From the NCBI GenBank assembly GCA_963811435.1, contig CAWERD010000007.1, forward strand, positions 1,079,096 through 1,143,095: a DNA stretch of 64,000 nt, read 5' to 3'. Under the pieces are notes generated by a model. It was not told the DNA's origin, ran no database searches, and worked only from the letters and a program-made list of their open reading frames with translations. Numbering within the stretch: position 1 is the first letter of the stretch; each line of letters starts with the position of its first letter. The position numbers were made by a program, and so were the translations under genes. Origin of the DNA: Vicinamibacterales bacterium (lineage in GTDB: Bacteria > Acidobacteriota > Vicinamibacteria > Vicinamibacterales > JAMQPK01). This document shows, piece by piece, positions 40,003 through 49,985 of this stretch.

Positions 40003-42635
40003 ATGCGAATTCAGAGCTTTTTCCTTCTGTCAGCCCTCTGGGCGGTGCCGGGGTTTGCCCAGGCACCTGTCGCCCCAGCCCCGATTGCGCCCGCTGCGCC
40101 GGCCACCGAGAAGCCGGCGGCGCTGGGTCCGGGGGGCATCCTGTCGCTCTGCAACGGGGCGTACCCGATTGGTCCGCCGGCGAGTCTTCCGCCCGACGGA
40201 TTCGGGTCCCGTCATCTATCAGGTTGTTCTCTGTTTTCCGAAGCAAGGCAACGTCTCGCTCGTCGAAGCCCAGACCTACCTCTATTACATGCAGTCGACC
40301 GACCTGGTCAGCCTGCCGTCGCAGAACGTCTGGAAGCCCTACAACGACGCGGCCGAGCAGACCATCGTCGGAGATTTCAAACGGCTGTGGGCCACCAACT
40401 TCCTCGACGATCTCTCGATCGAAACGCACGACTATCCCTTCACGAATGGCGTCACCGGCAAGGTGGTCCTCTACAACATGGAAGAGCGGCAGAGGATCAA
40501 GAACACGGTCTATAACGAAGGGACCAAGGAAATCGAGCAGTCGAAGGTCGAAGAGCGGCTGCGCGAGCTCGGCATCACCATCCGCCTCGATTCGTTCGTC
40601 GATCAGGCGACCGAGAAGCGCGTCGCCAACGTCATTCGCGAGATGATGGTCGAGAAGGGATTTCAGGACGCCAAGGTCGAGGCATCGCACGAGCCGCTGC
40701 CGGGCGGGCCGAAGACGGTCGCGCTGAAGTTCAAGGTCACCGAAGGGCCGAAGGTCAAGATTTCGAACGTCGACATCGTCGGCAACAAGATCTACAGCGA
40801 CGGCAAGGTGCGCGGCCGGATGAAGACGAACAAGGGCGGGGGCTTCTGGATCTTTCCCGGCAGCAGCGTCTACCAGGAAGACAAGTTCGAAGAAGACGCG
40901 CAGATGATCGTCGACTTCTATCGCGAGCGTGGATACCTGCAGGTCAACGTGGGCCAACCGAACCTCAAGCCCCTCCGCGACTCCAAAGACGGCAAGACGC
41001 GCTTCATGACGCTCGAAGTTCCCGTCAGCGAGGGCGCGCGGTACCGCATCGACAAGTTCGAGTTCGCCGGTAACGACAAGGTGCCGGCGCAGGTCATGCG
41101 CCCGCTCTTCAAGATGAAGAGCGGCGACTACTACAACGAGAAGCGGATTCGCCAGGGCTTTGAGAAGATCAAGGAAATTTACGGGACCGGCGGTCACTTC
41201 GAAATGACGCCGTATCCCGAGTTCGATCCTCAGGGCGAGAAAGTGAACGTCACCATCCGGATCAACGAAGGCAAGCGGTACTTCGTCAACCGGATCACCT
41301 TCCAGGGCAACACGACGACGCGCGACAGCGTCATCCGGCGCGAGCTGCGGCTGTATGAGAACTCGGTCTTCAACACCGAAGCGCTGAAGTACTCGGTCAA
41401 GCGGCTCAACCAGCTCGGGTATTTCAAGCCGCTCGAAGATCAGAAGAACATCACGATCGACAAGACGGAGGGGGCCGACAACAAGGTCGACGTCAGCCTC
41501 AAGCTCGAAGAGCAGAACCGCAACCAGTTGTCGTTCGGCGCGGGCGTGTCGCAATACGACGGCGTGTTCGGGCAGTTGTCGTTCTCGACCGCGAACTTCA
41601 TGGGCCGCGGCGAGACGTTCACGATCTCGATGCAGACCGGCGCGCGCGTCAGCGACTACCAGGTCGCCTTCACCGAGCCGTTCCTGTTCGATCGACCGAT
41701 TACGGGGTCGGTCGATGTGCACCGGCGCGACATCGAGTATCTGTACCAGTTCACGCAGGGGTCCACGGGCGGCAACCTCACGATGGGGTTCCCGCTGAGG
41801 AACTTCTCGCGGATGTTCTTCAACTACAGCTACGACCGCGTATACGTCAGGGACCTGAACCAGGCGTTCTTCGACCAGACGTGCCTGTTCACCATCGAAG
41901 GCTGCCAGACGCTCGATTTCGACAAGCTGACCGACGACCAGCGTTTTCTCATCGAGAGCAACCCCTACCTGGAGACGCGCTGCTCATCGGCGAAGGCGGG
42001 CGCCGCACGATCAGCAAGATTCACGCCGACCTTCTCGCTGAACTCGGTTGACAACCCGATTAGCCCGGTGACCGGCCGGCGCTACACGGCGTCGCTTGGC
42101 CTTGCAGGCCTCGGCGGCAACACCCGATATATCAACCCGACGGTCGAAGGGGTCTGGTTCCTGCAGCACACCGCGCGCACGTCGCTGGGTTTGCGCGCCC
42201 AGGCCGAATACATCAGGTCTCTCGACTCGAGCAGCCCGCTGCCGATTTTCGAGCGGCTGGTGCTGGGTGGCGGCTACAGCGTCCGTGGATACGATCTGCG
42301 GAGCATTGGACCACAGGATCCGATAAGTCGGATCGTCATCGGCGGCAACAAGAGCCTGCTGTTCAACGCGGAATACCTGATTTCGGTGGGCGGGCCCGTG
42401 CGGCTGATTTTGTTCTATGATGCTGGCCAGGTGAAGGACTCCGGCGTAGCGGTTCGAGATGCCGGATTTCATCACCTCGACCGGTATGGAAGTCCGGTTC
42501 TTTATGCCCGTGTTGAACGTGCCGTTCCGCTTGATCTTTGCGTCGAACCCGCAGCGGAAGGGCGTTCTGAACTACAGCACCGGACAGCCGGAAAAAGCAT
42601 TCCGTTTCCGGTTCGACGTCGGCTCAACTTTCTAA
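40003..42635 (+). CDS. bamA: Outer membrane protein assembly factor BamA (frameshifts near 40200, 41972, 42022 and 42462)
   Basis: Signal peptide MRIQSFFLLSALWAVPGFAQA. POTRA repeats (KISNVDIVGNKIYSD, RYRIDKFEFAGN, RYFVNRITFQGN). Beta-barrel (LSFGAGVSQYDG, RLVLGGGYSVRGY). The reconstructed C-terminus is VRFFMPVLNVPFRLIFA..FRFRFDVGSTF, then TAA at 42633..42635. Confidence 0.9.
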
Positions 42636-42687
42636 CCGGGGGCCCGTGCGCAGGGCGCGCGGGTTCGCCAAGCGAGGATCGTTTCAG

Positions 42688-43402
42688 ATGATGAGATTGT
42701 CTGTCGCGGCGGTGTGCAGTGTGTTGATTTTCAGCGCCACGGCGTTTGCGCAGACGCCGGCGCCGCCTCCCGCGGCAGCCGTACCGCCGCCGCAAACGCA
42801 GGCGCCCTTGAGAATGGCTTTCCTCGATCTGCAGCGCGATTGCCGCCGAATCGACCGAGGGGAAGTCGGCCAGCGGCAAGGTGCAGGCCCTCACGCAGAA
42901 GAAGACCGCCGAGCTCGCCGACAAGACCAAGGCCCTGAAGGCGAATCAGGAGAAGCTGCAGCAGGGGGGCGCGGTGCTGAACGATGCGGCGCGCGCGCAG
43001 ACGCAGCGGGAAATCGATCGCCTCACCGTCGAAATCGATCGCTTCCAGGAAGATGCCAACGCCGAGGTGCAGCAGCTGCAACAGGAGCTGCAGGGTGATT
43101 TCCAGGAGAAGCTGCGGCCGGTCGTCGACGCGCTCGTTAAAGAGCTGGCGATCGGGTTGCTCTTCAGCGCCGGCGATGCGGGCGCGATCTTACGTCGATC
43201 CGTCGCTCGACATCACCGGCGAAGTGATCAAGCGCTTCGACTCGGGCAAGTACCGACGGCGGCCAAGCCCGCAGCGCCTCCGACGGCGAAGCCCGCGCCG
43301 GCTGCCCCCTCGACGGCCAAGCCCGCGGTGCCGCCCTCGGTCACGCCTCCGGCGACACCGCCTGCGACACCGAAACCCGCTCCGGCGCCCGCTAAACCCT
43401 GA
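42688..43402 (+). CDS. skp: OmpH/Skp-like periplasmic chaperone with Pro/Ala-rich tail (at least 3 frameshifts)
   Basis: Signal peptide MMRLSVAAVCSVLIFSATAFAQ. FLDLQRIAAESTEGKSASGKVQALTQKKTAELADKTKALKANQEKLQ is reconstructed across frames. It sits downstream of bamA. Confidence 0.7.
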
Positions 43403-43405
43403 TGC

Positions 43406-43544
43406 GAGGGCTAAAGGCTAAGGGCTAAGGGCTGAGGGCTGAGAAGTGTGGAGGGACCTGCCTCAACCCTCACTTTAGCCCTGAGCCCTGAGCCCTTAGC
43501 CCTAAGCCCTTAGCCCTTAGCCCTAAGCCCTAAGCCCTAAGCCC
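43406..43544. repeat. Inverted arrays of GGGCTNA heptamers (second locus)
   Basis: The left arm is gagggctaaaggctaagggctaagggctgagggctgag. The right arm is agccctgagccctgagcccttagccctaagcccttagcccttagccctaagccctaagccctaagccc. Confidence 0.85.
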
Positions 43545-43566
43545 TTCTCAGGGTATTCTTTCCGCA

Positions 43567-44005
43567 GTGTCCACACTCGATATCCCAGCACTCCTAGACC
43601 GTCTCTGCTACCGCCATCCGTCGGTGCTCGTCGACGCAATTGTCGAGCACGATCCGGGACGCCGGCTCGTGGCCCATAAGAACGTCACCATAACAGAAGA
43701 CTTCTTTCAGGGGCATTTTCCGGGCGTGCCGCTGATGCCCGGCGTGCTCATGCTCGAAACGCTGACGCAGGTGGCGGCGGCGCTCGTGCTCGAGCGCGAA
43801 GGGCCGATGCCGATGTCGCGCGTCTACCTGCACGGCGTCGATGATGCGAAGTTTCGCCGGCAGGTCGTGCCGGGCGATCAGCTGCGCGCTCGAGGTGACG
43901 CTCAGCCGGGCCCGCACGTCGCTGGCGAAAGCCCGCGCCGTGGCATTTGTCGGCGACCAGATTGTTGCCGAGGCCGATCTGCTGCTCGCCGTCGTGCCGG
44001 ATGGC
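43567..44005 (+). CDS. fabZ: 3-hydroxyacyl-ACP dehydratase FabZ (frameshift near 43888; no stop codon before lpxA)
   Basis: LPHRHP-like CYRHPSVLVD, FFQGHFPGVPLMPGVLMLETLTQ, then LEVTLSRARTSLAKARAVAFVGDQIVAEADLLLAV in the frame of ORF 43841... Confidence 0.85.
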
Positions 44006-44831
44006 GTGCGCATTCATCCCACGGCGGTCGTCATGAAAGGCGCCGAGATCGGCGCCGGCACGATCGTTGGCGCCAACGCGGTCGTGGGCGAGCACGTAAA
44101 GCTCGGCCGCCGCTGCCGCATCGGGGCATCGGCCGTCGTTGACGGATTCACGGAGATCGGCGATGGGACAGAGATCTTTCCGTTCGCGTCGATCGGGCTG
44201 ATCCCGCAGGACCTGAAGTTCAAGGGCGAAGAGACCTACCTGAAGATCGGCGAGCGGAACATCTTCCGCGAATTCGTCACCATTCACCGCGGCACGCAGG
44301 GCGGGGGAGGAAAGACGACGATCGGAGACCGGAACGTGTTCATGGCGTACGCGCACGTGGCGCACGACTGCCATATCGGCCACGACACGATCTTCGGCAA
44401 CAACGCGACGCTCGGTGGCCACGTGTTCGTCGACGACTTCGCCACGATCAGCGCCGGCTCTGGTGTGCACCAGTTCTGCCGGATCGGGCGCCACGCGTTC
44501 ATCGGCGGATACTCGGTTGTCACGAAGGATGCGCTGCCGTATGCGAAGACGGTCGGCAACCGCGCCCGCATTTACGGGCTGAACACCATCGGCTTGATGC
44601 GCCGCGGGTTCACGCCCGAGGTCATCGGCAAGCTGAAGCGCGCGTACCGCTACCTGCTGACGTCGCGGCTCAACACCACGCGCGCGCTCAACAAGATTCG
44701 AGCAGGACTCGACGCTGTCGTGTCCCGAAGTGCACATACCTCGTCGATTTCATCCGCAGCTCGCAGCGCGGCGCGCTGCTTCGGCGGCCCAGGCCGCCGA
44801 AGAAAGGCGGCGGAGAATGGTGGCAGGATGA
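44006..44831 (+). CDS. lpxA: UDP-N-acetylglucosamine acyltransferase LpxA (3' end uncertain; frameshift near 44738)
   Basis: GTG 44006 gives [28 protein letters not shown]. Hexapeptide repeats follow ([24 protein letters not shown]), then [13 protein letters not shown] and [17 protein letters not shown] across a frame change. Confidence 0.8.
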
Positions 44832-44865
44832 GACTCAGGCCCGGGCCAGCCGGGAGCCGGAGCCG

Positions 44866-45687
44866 GTGAGACTCGGCCTCATCGCAGGGAATGGCCGATT
44901 CCCGTTTCTCGTTCTGGACGCTGCGCGCTCGATGGGCCACGACGTCACGGTCATCGCCGCCAAAGAAGAGACATTCACCGATCTCAACGACGCCGCCGCG
45001 AAAGCGCGCGCGGCGATTCACTGGATCTCGCTCGGCGAGCTTGGGAAGTGCATCTCTCTGTTGAAAGATGCCGGCGTCAGCCATGCGGTGATGGCGGGGC
45101 AGGTGAAGCACACGAAGATCTTCGCGGGCGGCATCGTGCCTGATGCGAAGTTCAGATCTGTCCTGCTGAAGCTTGCGTTCCGCAATACCGACGGCCTCAT
45201 CGGCGCGGTCGCGTCGGTGCTGAAGGATGAGGGGATCGAGCTCATCGACTCGACGTCGCTGCTCAAGCCGATGCTCGCGATCCCCGGTGTCATGAGCCGC
45301 CGGGCGCCGACCGAAGAAGAGCAGAAGGATTTCGATTTCGGCTACCAGATGGCCGACGCGATTGCCGCTCTCGATATCGGCCAGACGATTGCCGTGAAGC
45401 ACGGCGCCGTCGTGGCCGTCGAAGCGATGGAAGGCACCGACGAAGTGATTGCGCGCGCTGGACACCTGGCCGGCCCCGGCGTGCGGATCGTGAAAGTCGC
45501 CAAGCCGAAGCAGGACATGCGGTTCGACGTGCCGGTCGTCGGCCTGGCCACGATTCAGGCCATGCGCATTGCCGGTGCGGCGGCGCTGTCGGTCGACGCG
45601 GGAAAGACGCTGATGTTCGAACGTGAGGACATGCTGAAGAGCGCCGACGAGGCGGGCATCACGATCGTCGGCCGGGAAAAAATGTGA
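44866..45687 (+). CDS. lpxI: UDP-2,3-diacylglucosamine diphosphatase LpxI (DUF1009)
   Basis: 273 aa with [54 protein letters not shown] and [10 protein letters not shown]. Confidence 0.8.
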   Translation: MRLGLIAGNGRFPFLVLDAARSMGHDVTVIAAKEETFTDLNDAAAKARAAIHWISLGELGKCISLLKDAGVSHAVMAGQVKHTKIFAGGIVPDAKFRSVLLKLAFRNTDGLIGAVASVLKDEGIELIDSTSLLKPMLAIPGVMSRRAPTEEEQKDFDFGYQMADAIAALDIGQTIAVKHGAVVAVEAMEGTDEVIARAGHLAGPGVRIVKVAKPKQDMRFDVPVVGLATIQAMRIAGAAALSVDAGKTLMFEREDMLKSADEAGITIVGREKM

Positions 45688-45692
45688 TATCC

Positions 45693-45766
45693 CAGCGCAA
45701 AGACGCCAAGACGCAGAGATAAACCTTTTGAAGAATACCTTTGCGGCTTTGCGCCTCTGCGTTGAG
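45693..45766. repeat. Imperfect inverted repeat of GCGCAAAG / ACGCAGAG words
   Basis: The arms are cagcgcaaagacgccaagacgcagag and ctttgcggctttgcgcctctgcgttgag. The 12-mer acgcagaggcgc is shared with 9571..9582 (reverse complement at 45751..45762). Confidence 0.7.
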
Positions 45767-45780
45767 ACATAGAAGAGAGA

Positions 45781-46714
45781 ATGAGCACTCGAGTTGCCGT
45801 TATCGGCGTTGGAGCGTTAGGTCGGCATCACGCGCGGATCCTCGCGACGCTGCCTGATGTGGAGCTCGTCGGCCGTCGTCGATATCAAGGAAGCGCGCGC
45901 TCGCGAGATCGGCAGCCTCGTCAACGCGCCGTGGGTGACGAACGCGGCCGAGATGCACGGCCGGGTCGACGCCGTGACGGTCGCCGTGCCGACCGAATCT
46001 CACTTGAACGTGGCGCTGCCGTTCCTGCAGCGCGGAATCGCGGTGCTCGTCGAGAAACCGCTCGCGCGCGATGCCGGCGAGGCACGGCAGATGATGGACG
46101 CGGCGTCGGCGTCCGGCGCCGTGCTTGGCGTAGGTCACACCGAGCGGTACAACCCGGCCGTCGCCGCGGTACGGCCGCTTCTCGATCACCCGCGATTCAT
46201 CGAAGTGCACCGTCTGGGCACGTTTCCCGATCGAAGCCTCGATATCGATGTCGTGTTCGACCTGATGATTCACGACCTCGACGTCGTGCTGTCGATTGTG
46301 CCGTCCGAAGTCGTCGCAGTAGAGGCTGTCGGCGTCGCGGTGTTGACACCCAAGCCAGACATCGCCAACGCCCGGCTGAAGTTTGCGTCCGGGTGTATTG
46401 CGAATATCACGGCAAGCCGGATTTATAACGATCGTGTCCGCAAGATCCGGATCTTTCAGCGCGACGCGTACCTGTCGGTCGATTACGCGGCGCAGGAAGT
46501 GGAGCGCTGGCGGCTCGTCAAAGGCAACGGCGCGATGCCGGTCATCGACGGCGGAAAGCTCGAAGTCGTGCAGGAAGAGCCGCTCAAGCGCGAGCTCGCC
46601 GACTTCGTGGCGGCGGTTCGCGAGAAGCGGTCCCCAGGCGTGACAGGCGCCGATGGTTTACGCGCGATACAGTTAGCGCAGAGAATAACTGAGGAAATGA
46701 AGAGGCAGGGCTAA
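45781..46714 (+). CDS. Gfo/Idh/MocA-family NAD(P)-dependent oxidoreductase (frameshift near 45872)
   Basis: MSTRVAVIGVGALGRHHARIL (Rossmann), then ORF 45857..46714 with AVLVEKPLARD and GVGHTERYNP. The stop codon TAA lies inside a REP hairpin loop. Confidence 0.75.
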
Positions 46715-46784
46715 AGCCCTGCGCTACCGCACAGCTCGACGATGTCGGTATCGGCGTATCGGTAGCGCAGCCCTTTAGGGCTGC
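46705..46784. repeat. REPIN-like inverted doublet (GCAGGGC-TAAA-GCCCTGC stem family)
   Basis: 46705..46729 is gcagggctaaagccctgcgctaccg. 46760..46784 is cggtagcgcagccctttagggctgc. The spacer contains cggtatcggcgtatcggtag. Confidence 0.85.
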
Positions 46785-46795
46785 CCAAACAGTTC

Positions 46796-48244
46796 ATGTA
46801 CTCTGACATCAACGATTTCATCGCCGACCTCGACAAGCGGGGCCTGCTTTCCCGCATCCGCGAGAGCGTCAGCCCCGACCTGGAAATTGCGGCGGTGACC
46901 GATCGCGTGTGCAAGTTGCCCGGTGGAGGTCCCGGCCTGCTGTTCGAGCGTCCGGCAGGCTTCGACATGCCTGTCGCCACCAATCTGTTTGGATCGACCG
47001 AACGCATGTGCCTGGCGCTGGGCGCGAGCTCGCTCGACGCGGTGGCCAGAGAAATCGACGAGATGATGACGCCGAAGATGCCCGCGGGCATGCTCGACGC
47101 GTTCAAGATGCTGCCGATGCTCGACCGGTTGCGCGATCTGATGCCGAAGACGGTGAAAGATGCGCCCTGCCAGGAAGTCGTGAAGCGCGACGGCTCGCTC
47201 GACGAGCTGCCGATCCTGAAAACCTGGCCCGACGATGGGGGCCGCTACATTACGCTGCCGCTCGTCATCACGAAGGATCCGGAAACGGGCGTGAGGAATA
47301 TCGGGACGTACCGCATGCAGGTGTTCGACGGCCGCACGACCGGCATGCATTGGCAGCGGCACAAGGGGGGCGCTCAGCACCATCGTGTGGCAGAGCGCAT
47401 GGGCAAGCGGCTCGAAGTCGCGGTGGCGCTGAGCCCGGAACCGATTCTCGCGTATGCCGCGACCGCGCCCATGCCCGAAGGTCTCGACGAGCTCCTGCTC
47501 GCGGGGTTTCTCGGCCGCCGGCGCATCGAGCTGGTCAAGGGCGTCACGGTCGATCTCGAAGTGCCGGCAAGCGCGCATATCGTGCTCGAAGGGTACGTCG
47601 ATCCAGGCGAGCGGCGCAGGGAGGGGCCCTTCGGCGATCACACGGGGTTCTATTCGCTCGCCGAAGACTTTCCGGTGTTCCATCTGACGTGCATCACCAT
47701 GCGCAGGAAACCGACCTATCTCACGACCGTGGTCGGCATTCCGCCGCAGGAGGACGTCTATCTGGGCAAGGCGAGCGAACGGATCTTTCTCCCGATGATT
47801 CGCAAGACGCTGCCCGAGATCGTCGACATGCACTTTCCGCCGGAGGGCATCTTCCACAACATCGTGCTGGTGTCGATCGACAAGCGCTATCCGGGTCACG
47901 CGCGAAAAGTCATGAACGCCTTCTGGGGTCTCGGACAGTTGATGTTCTCCAAGACGATCGTCGTCGTCGACAAGGACGTCGACGTCCAGAATGTCAGCGA
48001 GGTCGCCTGGATTGCAGGCACGCACGTCGATCCCCAGCGCGATATCCAGTTCACCGTCGGGCCGATGGACGACCTTGAAAATGCGTCGAGCCTGCCCGCC
48101 TTCGGCAGCAAGATGGGGATTGACGCGACGCGAAAGTGGCCGGGCGAAGGGTTCACGCGCGAATGGCCGACCCGCCTCAGGACGACGGAGGCGGCGGGCC
48201 GGAAGGCGTCGGATCTGCTGAAATCGATCGCGAAGGAAAAATAG
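46796..48244 (+). CDS. UbiD-family decarboxylase (menaquinone biosynthesis decarboxylase type)
   Basis: 482 aa with LLFERPAGFDMPVATNLFGS, TWPDDGGRYITLPLVITKDPETGVRNIGTYRMQV and GPFGDHTGFYS. It sits in the mqn gene context. Confidence 0.85.
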   Translation: MYSDINDFIADLDKRGLLSRIRESVSPDLEIAAVTDRVCKLPGGGPGLLFERPAGFDMPVATNLFGSTERMCLALGASSLDAVAREIDEMMTPKMPAGMLDAFKMLPMLDRLRDLMPKTVKDAPCQEVVKRDGSLDELPILKTWPDDGGRYITLPLVITKDPETGVRNIGTYRMQVFDGRTTGMHWQRHKGGAQHHRVAERMGKRLEVAVALSPEPILAYAATAPMPEGLDELLLAGFLGRRRIELVKGVTVDLEVPASAHIVLEGYVDPGERRREGPFGDHTGFYSLAEDFPVFHLTCITMRRKPTYLTTVVGIPPQEDVYLGKASERIFLPMIRKTLPEIVDMHFPPEGIFHNIVLVSIDKRYPGHARKVMNAFWGLGQLMFSKTIVVVDKDVDVQNVSEVAWIAGTHVDPQRDIQFTVGPMDDLENASSLPAFGSKMGIDATRKWPGEGFTREWPTRLRTTEAAGRKASDLLKSIAKEK

Positions 48245-49141
48245 ATGGCGGCCTCACTCGACGATCTCACCTCCAAAGTCGAAGCAGGGGAGCGCCTGTC
48301 GGATGAGGACATCGCGGCGCTCGGCTCGAGCCGCGACATCATCATGCTCGGCATGCTCGCGAGCATCGTTCGCCGCAAGCTGCACGGGACGGATGTGACC
48401 TATGTGCGAGTGGCCGACCTGAAGGTCGAGTCCAAGGCCGACCTCAAGGTCGGCACTACGGCAGACGCGAAAACTCCGGGCGAATTCCGAATCTTCTACA
48501 CCCCCCACACGATGAACGACTGCATCGAGGTCGTGGCGAAGGCACGCGAACTGGCGGGGACGACGCCGCTGTCTGCCTTCTGCCTGTATGAGCTCAGCAA
48601 GTTGCCAGAAGGATTGCCGGTTGTGCTCGCCGCACTGAAGAAGGAAGGCCTCGAACTGGTGGCACAGGCGCCTTTCGATCGCCTGGCCGATCCCGAGCGC
48701 ATGCTCGAGGCGCTGACCGATGCGGGACTGCAGCTGGCCCGCCTGACGATGAACGAAACGCCCGAACGCGAGTGGACGGCCGTGTGCCGCGACGTGGCGG
48801 CCCTTCAAACCACGCTTGGCTCGATACGCGTTTTTGCGCCGTTGCCGCGCAAGATCGACGCAACTCAGCCGACGACTGGTTATGCAGACGTGAAGCGCGT
48901 GGCGATATCGCGACTGCTGGCAGATCCGGTCGAGACTATTCAGGTCGACTGGGAACTGTATGGCCCGAAGCTGGCGCAAGTCGCGCTGACGTTTGGCGCC
49001 GACGACATCGACTCGGTGTCGGCAGAAGACGATCTTTCGCAGGGGCGGCGGCGATCGCCGCTCGAAGAGATCCGCCGCAGCATTCACGCCGCCGGTTTCG
49101 AGGCTGTCGAGCGTGACGGGCGTTTTCAGAGGCGCAGCTGA
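48245..49141 (+). CDS. MqnC/MqnE(CofH)-like paralog lacking the radical SAM CxxxCxxC cluster motif
   Basis: 298 aa. The ends align by eye with the intact enzyme at 50069..51271: KVEAGERLSDEDIAAL vs KIEDGERIDAADALAL, GTDVTYV vs RTVTYI, QVALTFGADDIDSV vs QLSLAYGANDMGSV, IHAAGFEAVERD vs VEDAGFVPKRR. The NYTNVCxxxCxFC segment is absent. Confidence 0.6.
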   Translation: MAASLDDLTSKVEAGERLSDEDIAALGSSRDIIMLGMLASIVRRKLHGTDVTYVRVADLKVESKADLKVGTTADAKTPGEFRIFYTPHTMNDCIEVVAKARELAGTTPLSAFCLYELSKLPEGLPVVLAALKKEGLELVAQAPFDRLADPERMLEALTDAGLQLARLTMNETPEREWTAVCRDVAALQTTLGSIRVFAPLPRKIDATQPTTGYADVKRVAISRLLADPVETIQVDWELYGPKLAQVALTFGADDIDSVSAEDDLSQGRRRSPLEEIRRSIHAAGFEAVERDGRFQRRS

Positions 49142-49142
49142 A

Positions 49143-49168
49143 GCGCAACTCAAGTTGCGCCCTACCGG
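49143..49168. repeat. Single REP-like hairpin (GCGCAAC stem family)
   Basis: The sequence is gcgcaactcaagttgcgccctaccgg, directly after the stop at 49139..49141. Confidence 0.75.
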
Positions 49169-49190
49169 ACAGGTGTAAAGCCGAACCAAC

Positions 49191-49985
49191 ATGCCGATTC
49201 GACTCGGAGCTGTCAGCTATCTCAATACGCGCCCGCTTGTGCACGGGCTCGAACATCAGACAGATCGGTTCAGCCTGCGGTTCGACGTGCCGGCGAAATG
49301 TGCCGAGCTCCTGCACGCGAACGACGTCGATCTCGGGCTGATCCCGTCCATCGAGTATCCGGGGCACGACTATCGAATCGTCCCGGGCCTTTCGATTGCG
49401 TCCGATGGTCCGGTGGCGTCTGTGGCCATGTTCACGAAAGTGTCGATGGAGGACATCCGCTCGGTTGCGCTGGACACGAGCTCCAGGACGTCGATCGCGC
49501 TCCTGCGCGTGCTCTGCGCGCGCTGGTTCGACATCGAGCCACGGGAAGTCGGCATGCCGCCGGATCTCACCCGCATGCTCGGGGAATGCGACGCGGCGCT
49601 CGTGATCGGAGACAACGCGCTCTTCCTCGATCATGAGGCGTTGGGTGTGGAGAAGATCGATTTGGGCGAGGAGTGGGTCGGGATGACCGGTCTCCCGTTC
49701 GTCTATGCGTTCTGGGCGGGACGGCCGGGCATCGTCGGTGCGGCCGATACGGCGGCTCTGCAGCAGGCGCGTGACAGAGGCGTTACCGCAACCGCTACAA
49801 TTGGCCGGGAGTTGTTTCCCGACAGCCCGGAGAAGGCCGCCCGTGCCGACCGCTACCTTCGTGAAAATGTGAAGTACGCTCTAGGCGAGCCCGAGGTAGC
49901 AGGATTGCGGCGGTTTTACGAGCTGGCGGAAGAAATTGGCGCGCTGCCTCAGGCAGAGCCAGTGAGGTTCTACGAACAGGGCTAA
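49191..49985 (+). CDS. mqnA: Chorismate dehydratase MqnA (futalosine pathway)
   Basis: 264 aa with IRLGAVSYLNTRPLVHGL and DVDLGLIPSIEY. It lacks the CPNDT motif of MqnD. The stop TAA lies in a REP loop. Confidence 0.85.
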   Translation: MPIRLGAVSYLNTRPLVHGLEHQTDRFSLRFDVPAKCAELLHANDVDLGLIPSIEYPGHDYRIVPGLSIASDGPVASVAMFTKVSMEDIRSVALDTSSRTSIALLRVLCARWFDIEPREVGMPPDLTRMLGECDAALVIGDNALFLDHEALGVEKIDLGEEWVGMTGLPFVYAFWAGRPGIVGAADTAALQQARDRGVTATATIGRELFPDSPEKAARADRYLRENVKYALGEPEVAGLRRFYELAEEIGALPQAEPVRFYEQG

